From Defluviitaleaceae bacterium (GTDB taxonomy: Bacteria; Bacillota; Clostridia; Lachnospirales; WQUN01), in contig WQVD01000003.1 of the NCBI GenBank assembly GCA_009781755.1, forward strand, positions 53,348-117,347: a stretch of 64,000 bases of DNA, written 5' to 3'. Every line of letters starts with the position of its first letter. The stretch's first letter is position 1. Made by a program: the position numbers and the translations under genes. This document shows positions 46,240 to 55,880 of the stretch, one piece after another. A model generated the notes under the pieces. That model was not told the DNA's origin. It made no database searches and saw only the letters and a list, made by a program, of their open reading frames with translations.

Positions 46240-46644
46240 TTATTTGTTTGCGATTAATTTTTTGAATTGTGAGATGTAAAAGGCGGCAAGAGCAAGGCCG
46301 TAGGTGTAGACGGCTATTTCGAAGATTGCGTTGAAGGATAGGTTTTGTAGGTAGCTTGTGTAGAAGCCGAACATGAAGCCGTTGAGCGCGTGGAAGATTA
46401 AGCCACCTGCGACCAACAGGCCGGAAATTGCTGCGAGCGTGTTTTGCTTTTTCACTAGCGCGTACAATAGCAACCATGCAAGTAATGAGAATGCGGTGTT
46501 GGGCAATGCAAAGGACATAAACCACGGTACATAGCCGTACACGACACCCTCTGGCGGAAGTATGCCGACAAAGCGGCTCAAATACGCCGTGTTGGTTATC
46601 GCGTGGAACGCGGTTAAAAAAATGAGCAATTTGCGGCGTTCCAT
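46240..46644 (-). CDS. hypothetical four-TM membrane protein
   Basis: 134 aa. The start overlaps the esterase stop (TAATG). Confidence 0.6.
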   Translation of the reverse strand: MERRKLLIFLTAFHAITNTAYLSRFVGILPPEGVVYGYVPWFMSFALPNTAFSLLAWLLLYALVKKQNTLAAISGLLVAGGLIFHALNGFMFGFYTSYLQNLSFNAIFEIAVYTYGLALAAFYISQFKKLIANK

Positions 46645-48470
46645 TAAAAATCACCACATATACATATTTCAAATGGCGAAGCGGGCAGGTTATGTGCGTT
46701 GTATAGCGTCACGGGTGGGTTGTCTGTCCAGCCGAAGCGGATTTTTTTGATATTTGCGGGGTCGATGGTGACGACCAGCGTTTGCCCTGCGATGACGGCA
46801 TGTTCGTGGTGTGTCGTGCCTTGCGCGGTGACTAGTTCGATTTGCGGGCGGCCATTTTTTGCCCACAAGCCGCGGGCGTGGTTGAAGTGGAGAGTGATGG
46901 CGTTGTCGTCTCGCGTTGCGTGCGAAATGGTGGGGCCTTGTGCGGGTAAATCAAGGCTGTAGGCCATGTTCAGCGCATGACGTGCCAGCCGTTTGCCTAC
47001 AGTTTGTTTGTCTTGTGGGTGCAGGTCGTTGTATTCGCCGCAATCGATTGCGATGGCCATGGCGGTGTTGGGGATTTGTAAGCATTGGCGTTGTTGCTCG
47101 CGCAATTGTGCCCAATTTTCGCCCGTACTCATGGGGTCGATGTAGTTAGCCAATTGCGTGAAAATCACAGGCACATCACCCAAGCAATCACGCAAATGCG
47201 CCACAAACCGCGCGAAAAGTGCCGCATATTCCGCAGGGCGGCCAGTATTGGATTCACCTTGGTAGAAAATCACGCCGTCCACGGAGTACCCGCCTGCGTA
47301 TCCCAACACGGGCGCCAACATATAATTGTACACGCCGCACGGATAGCCATAGAACCATGGCGACGCTGCAATGGGCGGCATTTCTGCGCTTATGCGGCAT
47401 TGCCATTCCCCATCAAGGGCGATGCGATGCGCCGCGCCCGCCGTGTCGGTGTATGTCAGCGCGTACTGCTTACCGGGGATGAAGCGCGGTATTTGCCCGC
47501 TACCTACCACACGCACATGGATTTCGTTTTCGCCTGTACGCAGCAATCCTTCCGGCACGGTTCCTGCGCACGGCGGGTATTGATAATCCACGGAAATAAC
47601 TTCTGCGCCGTTTATCCGCACCTTCACACTGTCCTGCGCGCGCCCCAGCGATAAACGCGATGCCCCAACGGGCGCGGTGGGCAGAACAATTTTCTTGCGA
47701 TACCATATCGCACCATGTGGCAAGTCGGTGTCGTCCAATAACGCGCGGGCATGCCAACCGTCGGCATCATCGCCGCAAGTTACGTCCAGCAATTCATCCG
47801 CTTCATTTAGTTGCGCATACCATTGCGCTTGGGCAGACACGGCTTCGTCCGATAACCGTTCCATATACCCCGGCGCGCGCACCGTTTCCAATTTTTCATA
47901 CAACGCGGGGAAGTCTCGGACGATTTCTTCCGGCAGCCACCCCTCGATAGGCGTACCCCCCGCCGCCACGCAAAGCAACCCCACGGGCACATCATCCCGC
48001 AAGGTATCCAATATTTCCCGTGCAAAAAAATAAGGCACCGCGAACAGGTTATCCAAGAAATCGCCCGTTGCAATGTGCCACGACCCTGCCGCGTCGGCGG
48101 CCGGTTGGTTAAAGTCAAAATTTTTCGCCGCTGTGAATGCACGGATGCGTGTGTCGTCCTTGATGCATGCGTCCAACAGGGGGCGCGTGCGGCGCAAGGG
48201 TGTTTCCATGTTGGATTGCCCGCCGCACAACCATACACGCCCGATATAAACGTCGTGTATCGTATGATTGCCGACAATCAATTCATGCGGCCCGCCATAA
48301 AAATCATTTTCCATTTCACAAACGAATCGCCCGTTGGCATCTGCGGCGATGGTATAATCCTTCCCCGCGAAGCGTACCGTTAGTGGATGCCCCGCATTGG
48401 CCGTGCCCCATATTCGTGCTTTTTTACCGACGACCATTCCATTTGAAAAGATTGATGGCAATGTTACCAT
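46644..48470 (-). CDS. sialate O-acetylesterase-like SGNH hydrolase
   Basis: The ATG at 48470 follows AAGGGGTG. The catalytic block is LCGGQSNME. Length is 608 aa. Confidence 0.8.
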   Translation of the reverse strand: MVTLPSIFSNGMVVGKKARIWGTANAGHPLTVRFAGKDYTIAADANGRFVCEMENDFYGGPHELIVGNHTIHDVYIGRVWLCGGQSNMETPLRRTRPLLDACIKDDTRIRAFTAAKNFDFNQPAADAAGSWHIATGDFLDNLFAVPYFFAREILDTLRDDVPVGLLCVAAGGTPIEGWLPEEIVRDFPALYEKLETVRAPGYMERLSDEAVSAQAQWYAQLNEADELLDVTCGDDADGWHARALLDDTDLPHGAIWYRKKIVLPTAPVGASRLSLGRAQDSVKVRINGAEVISVDYQYPPCAGTVPEGLLRTGENEIHVRVVGSGQIPRFIPGKQYALTYTDTAGAAHRIALDGEWQCRISAEMPPIAASPWFYGYPCGVYNYMLAPVLGYAGGYSVDGVIFYQGESNTGRPAEYAALFARFVAHLRDCLGDVPVIFTQLANYIDPMSTGENWAQLREQQRQCLQIPNTAMAIAIDCGEYNDLHPQDKQTVGKRLARHALNMAYSLDLPAQGPTISHATRDDNAITLHFNHARGLWAKNGRPQIELVTAQGTTHHEHAVIAGQTLVVTIDPANIKKIRFGWTDNPPVTLYNAHNLPASPFEICICGDF

Positions 48471-48515
48471 GAAAAACACCCCTTCGAAGCGAATGGTACG
48501 TACAGTAACAAACAT

Positions 48516-48543
48516 TTGCCATGACGGCAAATTTTATTATAAT
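48516..48543 (+). promoter_or_regulatory. sigma-A-type promoter
   Basis: TTGCCA, 16 nt, TATAAT. It lies 30 nt upstream of the 48573 start. Confidence 0.55.
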
Positions 48544-48572
48544 GAGTGGGTTTATTACAAGGAGGGATTCAC

Positions 48573-49037
48573 ATGTTTGGTGGAAGCTTAGGCATTTGGG
48601 ATATCGCGATTATCGTATCCGTGGTGCTGATAATTATTGTTGCGGTGTTGTATTTCTTAAACCGCTGGGCAGGCAAGCGCATGGCCCAACAAAACGACAT
48701 GGTAGAAAAGCACAAGCAAACCATGACCATCTATGTCATCGATAAGAAAAAGGACAAAATACAAAACGCCAACCTACCCAAAGCCATGGCCGCGCAAATA
48801 CCGCGCATGTCCAAGCTCATGAAAGTGCCCATCGTCAAGGCCAAAATTGGTAAAGACATCATGACCCTGATGTGTGACAACGCCGTATACCCCGCGCTGC
48901 CCGTAAAAAAAACCGTCACCGTAGAAATGGCGGGTATTTATATTGTCAGTATGAAAGGTCAAAAATCCAAAGCTGAAATGGACGCGAAAAAAGGCCGCAA
49001 ATCGGGCGGGTTCCTATCGCGCTTCAGAAGGGGGTAG
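48573..49037 (+). CDS. hypothetical N-terminally anchored protein
   Basis: The ATG at 48573 follows AGGAGGG. The TM helix is IWDIAIIVSVVLIIIVAVLYF. Length is 154 aa. Confidence 0.65.
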   Translation: MFGGSLGIWDIAIIVSVVLIIIVAVLYFLNRWAGKRMAQQNDMVEKHKQTMTIYVIDKKKDKIQNANLPKAMAAQIPRMSKLMKVPIVKAKIGKDIMTLMCDNAVYPALPVKKTVTVEMAGIYIVSMKGQKSKAEMDAKKGRKSGGFLSRFRRG

Positions 49038-49041
49038 CCGC

Positions 49042-50748
49042 GTGGATTACATGAAGGCATACGAAACATGGCTAAATGACCCCTATATAGATGAAACAAC
49101 AAAAAACGAATTGCAAGCCTTGCAAGGCAATGAAGCAGAAATTCAAGACCGTTTCTTTAAGGAGTTGGAATTTGGCACCGGCGGTTTGCGTGGCGTAATC
49201 GGCGCGGGTACCAATCGCTTAAACATCTACACCATACGCAGGGCTACGCAAGGGCTGGCTAATTATATTTTGGCGTCGGATGCGTACCGGCCGGGCATGG
49301 CCGTGGCCATCGCCCATGATTGCCGCCGCATGTCGCCGGAATTCTCAACCGAAGCCGCGCTGGTGTTGAATGCCAACGGCATCAAAACTTATATATTCGA
49401 CAGCTTGCGTCCTACACCGCTGCTCAGTTTCGCGGTGCGCGAATTGGGTTGCATCGCGGGTATCGTCGTAACTGCATCGCACAACCCGCCGGAATATAAC
49501 GGTTATAAAGTCTATTGGAGCGACGGCGGCCAATGCCCCTATCCACGCGATGAAGCCATCATCGACGAAGTCAACAAAATCACCGATTTCGCCATGATTA
49601 AAACTTTGACGTTGGCCGATGCACAGGCACAAGGGCTATATCACATTGCCCCGCCCGCTATTGACGACGCATTCATCGCACATGTCAAATCCTGCTGCCA
49701 AAATCCACAAATCATTCCCCAATCGGATATCAAAATCGTATTCACCCCGCTGCATGGCGCGGGCAATGTAAGCGTACAACGCGCCCTGCGCGAGGTAGGC
49801 TTTAAAAACGTGTGCGTCGTAACTGAGCAGGAAACCCCCGACGGTAATTTCCCCACCGTAAGCTATCCCAACCCGGAGGATAAAAAAGCTTTCGCGCTGG
49901 CATTAAAGCTGGCGACGGAAAAAAATGCAGATATCGTCCTAGCCACCGACCCCGACGCCGACCGCGTGGGTGTAGCCGTCAAGCACAACAGCCAATACAA
50001 CCTGCTATCAGGCAATCAATTGGGCGTTATCCTCACGGAATATTTACTTTCGCAAATACAGCTGAAAGGCACGCTGCCCGCCAATGCTGCCGTTATATCT
50101 ACCATTGTGTCCACCGACATGACCCGAACCATCGCCGCCGCATACGGCGCAACGTACATGGAAGTCCTAACCGGCTTCAAGTTCATCGGCGAAAAGATCA
50201 AGGAATTTGAAGAATCCAACGCGCACAGCTTTATCATTGGCTTCGAAGAAAGCTACGGCTACCTCACCGGCACTTACGCCCGCGACAAAGACGCCATAGC
50301 CGCCAGCCTCCTGGCCTGTGAAGCCGCCGCCCATTACCGCACTCAAGGCAAAACGTTATACGATGTCTTACAAGACCTATATGCTAAATACGGTGAATAC
50401 CGCGAATCCATCGAATCCTATACCATGCAAGGCGTAGCCGGGCTGGCAGACATCACGCGCATCATGGCTACCCTGCGCGACAATCCGCCGCAATCATTGG
50501 GCGGCTCACAAGTAATAGAAGTGCGCGATTATAAAAATAACACCATCCGTGATGTAAAATCGGGCGCGGTGCGCGAAACAAACTTGCCAACATCGGACGT
50601 GCTGTACTACGTGACGGCAGACGGCTCATGGGCATGTGTGCGCCCATCCGGTACCGAGCCGAAGATTAAAGTGTACTTCGGCGTATGCGGCGGCGGCGCG
50701 GCACGGATGACAGCATTGGACACGGATATGCGTGGGTATATGCACTAA
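49042..50748 (+). CDS. phosphoglucomutase/phosphomannomutase (alpha-D-phosphohexomutase)
   Basis: The active-site loop is TASHNPPEYNGYKV. The GTG at 49042 lies 7 nt after GAAGGGGG, with ATG 49051 as an alternative. Confidence 0.9.
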   Translation: MDYMKAYETWLNDPYIDETTKNELQALQGNEAEIQDRFFKELEFGTGGLRGVIGAGTNRLNIYTIRRATQGLANYILASDAYRPGMAVAIAHDCRRMSPEFSTEAALVLNANGIKTYIFDSLRPTPLLSFAVRELGCIAGIVVTASHNPPEYNGYKVYWSDGGQCPYPRDEAIIDEVNKITDFAMIKTLTLADAQAQGLYHIAPPAIDDAFIAHVKSCCQNPQIIPQSDIKIVFTPLHGAGNVSVQRALREVGFKNVCVVTEQETPDGNFPTVSYPNPEDKKAFALALKLATEKNADIVLATDPDADRVGVAVKHNSQYNLLSGNQLGVILTEYLLSQIQLKGTLPANAAVISTIVSTDMTRTIAAAYGATYMEVLTGFKFIGEKIKEFEESNAHSFIIGFEESYGYLTGTYARDKDAIAASLLACEAAAHYRTQGKTLYDVLQDLYAKYGEYRESIESYTMQGVAGLADITRIMATLRDNPPQSLGGSQVIEVRDYKNNTIRDVKSGAVRETNLPTSDVLYYVTADGSWACVRPSGTEPKIKVYFGVCGGGAARMTALDTDMRGYMH

Positions 50749-50753
50749 AAGAT

Positions 50754-50937
50754 TTATTCAACCGTAGATGTACCGCGAAACCGACGTATAACCAAAAATG
50801 GTAAGGCTAACACAATTATGACTACTATATACACCCACCACCATGTATGTGAAGCGGCTGGTCGGGCATAGTATATTTCATTTGAATCAATTGGAAACGT
50901 CTCCGTTGTATCCGGCATATCCGGCTCTGTAACTTTA
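50754..50937 (-). other. out-of-frame continuation of the 50935..52383 gene encoding a C-terminal TM anchor
   Basis: The +1 frame after the C6 tract (G6 at 50938-50943 on the plus strand) reads PKVTEPDMPDTTETFPIDSNEIYYARPAASHTWWWVYIVVIIVLALPFLVIRRFRGTSTVE-stop. Confidence 0.6.
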
Positions 50938-52383
50938 GGGGGGCGTTTCTTCTATTTCCGGCGTGTTTGGTTCTGTAGCTGTTGGGGGTGCTTCTGCGCC
51001 GATATAACCCGGTGGCAAGCCCAGCACTTCGTTAACATCTACCATAATTTGATTGGATGCACCCCCCGCGTCGAAAATTCTAGAATGTTGACGGTGTCGT
51101 GTTTGATAAGCGTAAATGGAATAATAATACACATTGCCAGGTGCCGCGGTTGTGTCTATAAATTCAAATAATAAACGATCGGACGTATCGGTTAACTGTT
51201 GTCTATAAATGAGCCGGCCTCTTTCATTGTTTGTGGTTGAACGGTAAAAGCGGAGTTCAACTTCTGTCCAAAATGATATCCGATTTACACCAAGTACATA
51301 ATTAAGCACAATGCCGCCGCCTTCAGCGGCACCTACTGTATAGCGCCTCGGGTCAGTTTGGGAAAAGTCGCGCCAATCGTTTCTCATCATGGTGAAGTGC
51401 GCATCGCCAATGTAAAGCGACATCGTTTCAACGTACTCTTGGCTTGCGTTGAATACGATGCGGTGGTTAATAAAGCGGCCAATGTCGTCTGGCGGCTCGT
51501 CGTTCAGTGTATCATTGCCGGTGAAGCGATCCCACGGCAACAGGGGGTGGCCGGTTGTGTCTATCGTTAGCTCCATGTAGCCGTTTTCTAGATGGCGCAG
51601 GTTTACCGGATACCACCATGTTTGTTGCCCCCATTCGCGTATGGGGGCCATTGATGCGTCCATGTCTGTAAAGCCGGTTAATGTAAGATTAAAGGCCATC
51701 GGCCACACAACGCTTTCGTCTATCGCCGGGCTGTAGAAATGCGCCACATCTACCCAGTGTCCGCTTATGCGCAGCATGGTTTCGATAAAATCTATGGTAT
51801 GGATGGGGGGCTGTACGGGCGCGACTGCCCCGGTTGTTAATGACCAATCACGCCAATAGCGATAAATACCAAGCAAGCGTTCCAACCCATGCAATTCAAA
51901 AAACATGCCGTCCGGGTCTTGTATGCCTTGCAACACAATGGTGGTTGCGGGCTCGTCATGGCCGTCAATTCCTACAATAAAAGTGCGCATAGGGCAACTG
52001 TCAAAGCCACCAAGCCCTTGGCCATATATAAATCCATCTGAACCAAATAACGCATGCCTGCTTTCAAAATCCAAGCTCAATTCCGTGCTCTTCGGCGTGT
52101 AAGGTGCGCCGCGCACAATCCAAGCATCCCACCGGGCATCGGGCGGGGTGCGTATATCGAATTGTGCTGCGGTGCCGTTAAATATATAAGCCAAGTCTTG
52201 CAACCTAAAAGCCGGCGTAGGGCCATCTTCAAAAAATCCCCATAATTCAAAAGTCTCGCCGTCTACAGTTAATGTAGATGCGTGCGAAAATAAACTTCTA
52301 GTCGCGTGAACACGGATGAACGGGATTGCCGACAATATGATGATCAACAATATAACGACGCAAATCGAAAATTTTTTTCTCAC
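50935..52383 (-). CDS. hypothetical secreted/anchored protein, as annotated ending at TAA right after a C6 tract
   Basis: 482 aa. The N-terminal signal/anchor is MRKKFSICVVILLIIILSAIPF. I recognise no domain. Confidence 0.7.
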   Translation of the reverse strand: MRKKFSICVVILLIIILSAIPFIRVHATRSLFSHASTLTVDGETFELWGFFEDGPTPAFRLQDLAYIFNGTAAQFDIRTPPDARWDAWIVRGAPYTPKSTELSLDFESRHALFGSDGFIYGQGLGGFDSCPMRTFIVGIDGHDEPATTIVLQGIQDPDGMFFELHGLERLLGIYRYWRDWSLTTGAVAPVQPPIHTIDFIETMLRISGHWVDVAHFYSPAIDESVVWPMAFNLTLTGFTDMDASMAPIREWGQQTWWYPVNLRHLENGYMELTIDTTGHPLLPWDRFTGNDTLNDEPPDDIGRFINHRIVFNASQEYVETMSLYIGDAHFTMMRNDWRDFSQTDPRRYTVGAAEGGGIVLNYVLGVNRISFWTEVELRFYRSTTNNERGRLIYRQQLTDTSDRLLFEFIDTTAAPGNVYYYSIYAYQTRHRQHSRIFDAGGASNQIMVDVNEVLGLPPGYIGAEAPPTATEPNTPEIEETPP

Positions 52384-52478
52384 AAAACCACCCCACGGAT
52401 GTTTAAGAAGGTGTTTTCATAAGTTGCAACATCGGCTTGCTAATCCAATATTACGACTTATGTGAACACCTTTTAAAA

Positions 52479-52514
52479 TAAAACCGCGCTCATTAACTAT
52501 TAAGCGCGGTTTTA
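52479..52514. terminator. bidirectional intrinsic terminator
   Basis: AAAACCGCGCT, a 12-nt loop, then AGCGCGGTTTTATTTT. Confidence 0.75.
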
Positions 52515-52558
52515 TTTTGGTTCGCTTTATTAAAGTTTTGTACTTTTATTCAATCAAA

Positions 52559-52653
52559 CATCGGCGAAGCCAAAACGGGGTCGAGGGAACGCGTTCCTTC
52601 GCGGGTTTGGGTGCCGGTTAAAGCTTTATATAGCAACGCCAAGGGTTTTAATC
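52559..52653 (-). repeat. REP/MITE-like element family 1, copy E (variant with expanded hairpin)
   Basis: On the plus strand: CATCGGCGAAGCC...GGGGTCGAGGGAACGCGTTCCTTCGCGGGTTTGGGTGCCGGTTAAAGCTTTATATAGCAACGCCAAGGGTTTTAATC. It lies 25 nt after the aldo/keto reductase stop. Confidence 0.75.
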
Positions 52654-52677
52654 CTTTGACCTTAAATCCTTCGCTCC

Positions 52678-53835
52678 TTACTCCTCCCAGCCCCCCAGCT
52701 TATCATGCGCAATCTTCAATTCCGCTGGAATATCAATATTAATCGGGCACTGCGGCGAGCATAACCCGCAACCGTTACACTTATCCGCCCCAGAGCCGCC
52801 GCGCCGGGCGAACATATATGAGCGGCGTACTTGATCGAAGAATTCGAAGCGATGACCGTCGTTGTAGAGTTTGAAAATGTTGGAAATGCCGACGTTTTGC
52901 GGGCAGGGCATGCAGTAGTTGCAACCGGTGCAAGGGATGGTGACGATGGATTCATAAGCCTCGCGTGCTTTGACGATGAGGGTTTCTTCTTCAGGGGTCA
53001 AGTGGAGCGGGGTCATGTCGGGTTGGGAGAAGAGGGCGATGTTTTCTTTGAGCTGCTCCATGTTGGACATGCCGCTGACGATGGAGGATACGGCGGGGAA
53101 GTTGGCCAGGTAGCGGAACGCCCATTCTGTGGGAGTGCGCTTGGTGGGGGCAGTATTGTATACGGCGGCTACGGGGGTGGGGGCGTAGCATAAGCCACCG
53201 CCGCGTAATGGCTCCATGATGGTGGTGGCGACGCCGCGCTCGCCGGCGATGCGGAGGCCTTCGGCGGTGACTTCGCGGTTGATGTCCAGCATATTGTGCA
53301 TAAGCAGGCACAATGCCCATGGATAAGCGGACACGACTTCTTTGTAATGTTCAAAATTGCCGTGGTAGGAGAAGCCGATGGTGCGGATGAGGCCTTCCTC
53401 GCGGAAGCGTTCAAATTGACCCAGGACATCCCATTCTTGGATTTTGCCCCAGTTGCCGGGGCCGATGCCGTGGATGAGCAGGGTGTCGATGTAGTCGGTG
53501 CGCAATTTTTTGAGCGTGCTTTCTATGTTGCGGCGCACTTGATCGGGCGGGCAGGGAGCCCAGAAGGGATGCTTGGTGGTAATCCAAACTTTTTGGCGCA
53601 TGCCGGGCAAGTCGAGCGCTTCGCCTAGGATGGCCTCGGATTGCTGTGCGTGGTAACCCTGTGCGGTGTCGAAATAGTTGACGCCGTTATCGACGGCGTA
53701 GCGGATTAATTCGAAGGCTTTTTCTAAATTGACGCCCTTGGTCAAGTCGTTGGGGTCGTTGTAGGGTAGGCGCATACAACCCAAGCCCAACAGTGACGCG
53801 TCAAATCCCGTGTTTCCCAATTTTCTGTACAGCAT
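52678..53835 (-). CDS. aldo/keto reductase with a C-terminal 4Fe-4S ferredoxin-type domain
   Basis: It starts MLYRKLGNTGFDASLLGLGCMRLP. It has two Cys clusters, CTGCNYCMPCP and CNGCGLCSPQCP. A GGGAGG SD is present. Confidence 0.85.
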   Translation of the reverse strand: MLYRKLGNTGFDASLLGLGCMRLPYNDPNDLTKGVNLEKAFELIRYAVDNGVNYFDTAQGYHAQQSEAILGEALDLPGMRQKVWITTKHPFWAPCPPDQVRRNIESTLKKLRTDYIDTLLIHGIGPGNWGKIQEWDVLGQFERFREEGLIRTIGFSYHGNFEHYKEVVSAYPWALCLLMHNMLDINREVTAEGLRIAGERGVATTIMEPLRGGGLCYAPTPVAAVYNTAPTKRTPTEWAFRYLANFPAVSSIVSGMSNMEQLKENIALFSQPDMTPLHLTPEEETLIVKAREAYESIVTIPCTGCNYCMPCPQNVGISNIFKLYNDGHRFEFFDQVRRSYMFARRGGSGADKCNGCGLCSPQCPINIDIPAELKIAHDKLGGWEE

Positions 53836-53909
53836 AATATCCTCCCTTTGTTACAAATATTTTACATATATGCGATTTTGATGTGGGTACCTCATTTTGT
53901 CAAGCAATG

Positions 53910-53936
53910 CAAGTGGTTAGTGCCACTAACCACTTG
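53910..53936. promoter_or_regulatory. perfect 13-1-13 inverted repeat, candidate operator in a divergent promoter region
   Basis: CAAGTGGTTAGTG-C-CACTAACCACTTG, between the reductase (-) and VOC (+) genes. Confidence 0.45.
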
Positions 53937-54013
53937 GCGTACATATTCGCACTTGTACTGCCCGTGTGCTTGCGTTATTATGATGAAAATATGGCAACGA
54001 AAGGGCGACTAAC

Positions 54014-54472
54014 ATGGAAAAGAACATGCTGGGCACCGACGTGTGCGTACAAATCGGAATTTTGGTAAACGACATTGACAAGACCGGGCAAGTGTATGCC
54101 GATTTCTTGGGCATGGATAACCCCGGCTGGAGCTGGACGGGCAAGCTGGAGGACGCACAAACGGAATTCCGCGGTGCACCCAGCGAGGCGCGAGCGAAGC
54201 TGGCTTTCTTCCCCGTGGGTGGCAACTTGACCATCGAATTGATCGAACCCGACGCACACCCCTCCACATGGCGCGAGGACTTGGACAAAAACGGTGAAGG
54301 CGTGCATCACATCGCATTCATCGTCAAGGGCATGAAGGACAAAATCATGAAGCTGGAACGTAACGGTATGCCCCTGATCCAAAAAGGCGAATACCCTGGC
54401 GGACGTTACGCATACATTGACTCCAACGGGCCGCTGAAAGTGTTGTTAGAATTGTTGGAGAACGATAACTAA
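54014..54472 (+). CDS. VOC family protein (glyoxalase / methylmalonyl-CoA epimerase-like)
   Basis: 152 aa with GILVNDIDKT...GVHHIAFIV...LELLE. Confidence 0.8.
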   Translation: MEKNMLGTDVCVQIGILVNDIDKTGQVYADFLGMDNPGWSWTGKLEDAQTEFRGAPSEARAKLAFFPVGGNLTIELIEPDAHPSTWREDLDKNGEGVHHIAFIVKGMKDKIMKLERNGMPLIQKGEYPGGRYAYIDSNGPLKVLLELLENDN

Positions 54473-54488
54473 AACCAAGGAGCATTCC

Positions 54489-55880
54489 ATGCCTGCTGCC
54501 AAAACATTGCACGTCTGTACACAATGCGGTTACGAAACGGCGAAATGGCTGGGGCGTTGCCCCGAATGCAACCAATTTAATACCATGGAAGAACGCGCGG
54601 TCAGACTCGCCTCGGCAAAAACGGGGGGTGGGTCGGCCGCGTTTTTGCAATCGCCGGGCAAAAAGGACGGCGCGGCCTTATTATTGCGCGATATCCCCGT
54701 GGATGCATCGGCGACGCAGGCGCGGCGGGGCACAGGCATTGCGGAGTTGGACAGGGTGCTGGGCGGTGGCTTGGTGGCGGGCAGTTTGTTGCTGCTGGGC
54801 GGCGACCCCGGCATCGGCAAGTCCACGCTGCTATTGCAAATTTGCCAGCAAATGGCCAACGACGACTTCCGCATCTTGTACGTGTCGGGCGAAGAAAGTC
54901 CATCGCAAATTAAACTGCGTGCGCAACGGCTGAAAGTGAATCCGTCGGGTTTGTATTTCTTGGCGGAAACGGATGTACAGGCCATTCAAGAGGCCACGGA
55001 GAAAATCAAACCCGCGCTGTTGCTCATCGATTCCATCCAAACCATGCGCTTGGGCGAGTTAACTTCGTTGCCCGGTTCGGTCACGCAAGTGCGCGAATGC
55101 ACAGCGTTTTTCACGCAACTGGCCAAAGCACGGCAAACCGCCGTCCTGCTCGTCGGCCACGTCACCAAAGAGGGCGCAATCGCTGGACCGCGTGTGTTGG
55201 AACATATGGTGGATTGCGTGCTGTATTTTGAAGGGGAGGGGCGCGACAGCTACCGCGTGATACGCGCGGTCAAGAACCGTTTCGGCTCAACGCATGAAAT
55301 TGGCGTGTTTGAAATGGGCGAGGGGGGGCTGGCAGCCATCGCAGACCCATCGGCGTACATGCTGGCGGGGCGGCCCATTGGCGTGCCCGGCTCGGCGGTG
55401 ACGTGTTCGCTGGAGGGGTCGCGGCCGTTGTTGCTGGAAGTGCAGGGATTGGTAAGTACCACGCATTTTGGTACGCCGCGCCGCACGGCCAACGGCATGG
55501 ACCACAACCGAATGGTTATGCTCATGGCCGTATTAGAAAAGCGCGGCAACTACAAATTGGCTACATACGATAGTTATGTTAATATTGCAGGGGGATTGCG
55601 CTTGGATGAACCCAGTGCCGATGCGGCCATTATCGCCGCCGTGGCATCGTGTTATCGAAATAAAGCCATCGACCCCGGTTATTTAATCATCGGCGAAGTG
55701 GGCTTGGCAGGAGAATTGCGCGCCGTGTCCATGCCCGAACGGCGCATCACCGAAGCCGCACGGCAAGGCTTCACCGCATGCGTGTTACCCGCGGCGAATA
55801 AAAAAAATCTAAAAATCCCCGAAGGGATGCGTGTATTCGGCGCATCGCACATCGGGGAATTATTGGGGCTGTTGTTATAA
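54489..55880 (+). CDS. radA: DNA repair protein RadA/Sms
   Basis: The Zn finger is CTQCGYETAKWLGRCPECNQ, Walker A is GDPGIGKST, and the KNRFG motif is present. It has a Lon-like C-terminus. Confidence 0.95.
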   Translation: MPAAKTLHVCTQCGYETAKWLGRCPECNQFNTMEERAVRLASAKTGGGSAAFLQSPGKKDGAALLLRDIPVDASATQARRGTGIAELDRVLGGGLVAGSLLLLGGDPGIGKSTLLLQICQQMANDDFRILYVSGEESPSQIKLRAQRLKVNPSGLYFLAETDVQAIQEATEKIKPALLLIDSIQTMRLGELTSLPGSVTQVRECTAFFTQLAKARQTAVLLVGHVTKEGAIAGPRVLEHMVDCVLYFEGEGRDSYRVIRAVKNRFGSTHEIGVFEMGEGGLAAIADPSAYMLAGRPIGVPGSAVTCSLEGSRPLLLEVQGLVSTTHFGTPRRTANGMDHNRMVMLMAVLEKRGNYKLATYDSYVNIAGGLRLDEPSADAAIIAAVASCYRNKAIDPGYLIIGEVGLAGELRAVSMPERRITEAARQGFTACVLPAANKKNLKIPEGMRVFGASHIGELLGLLL

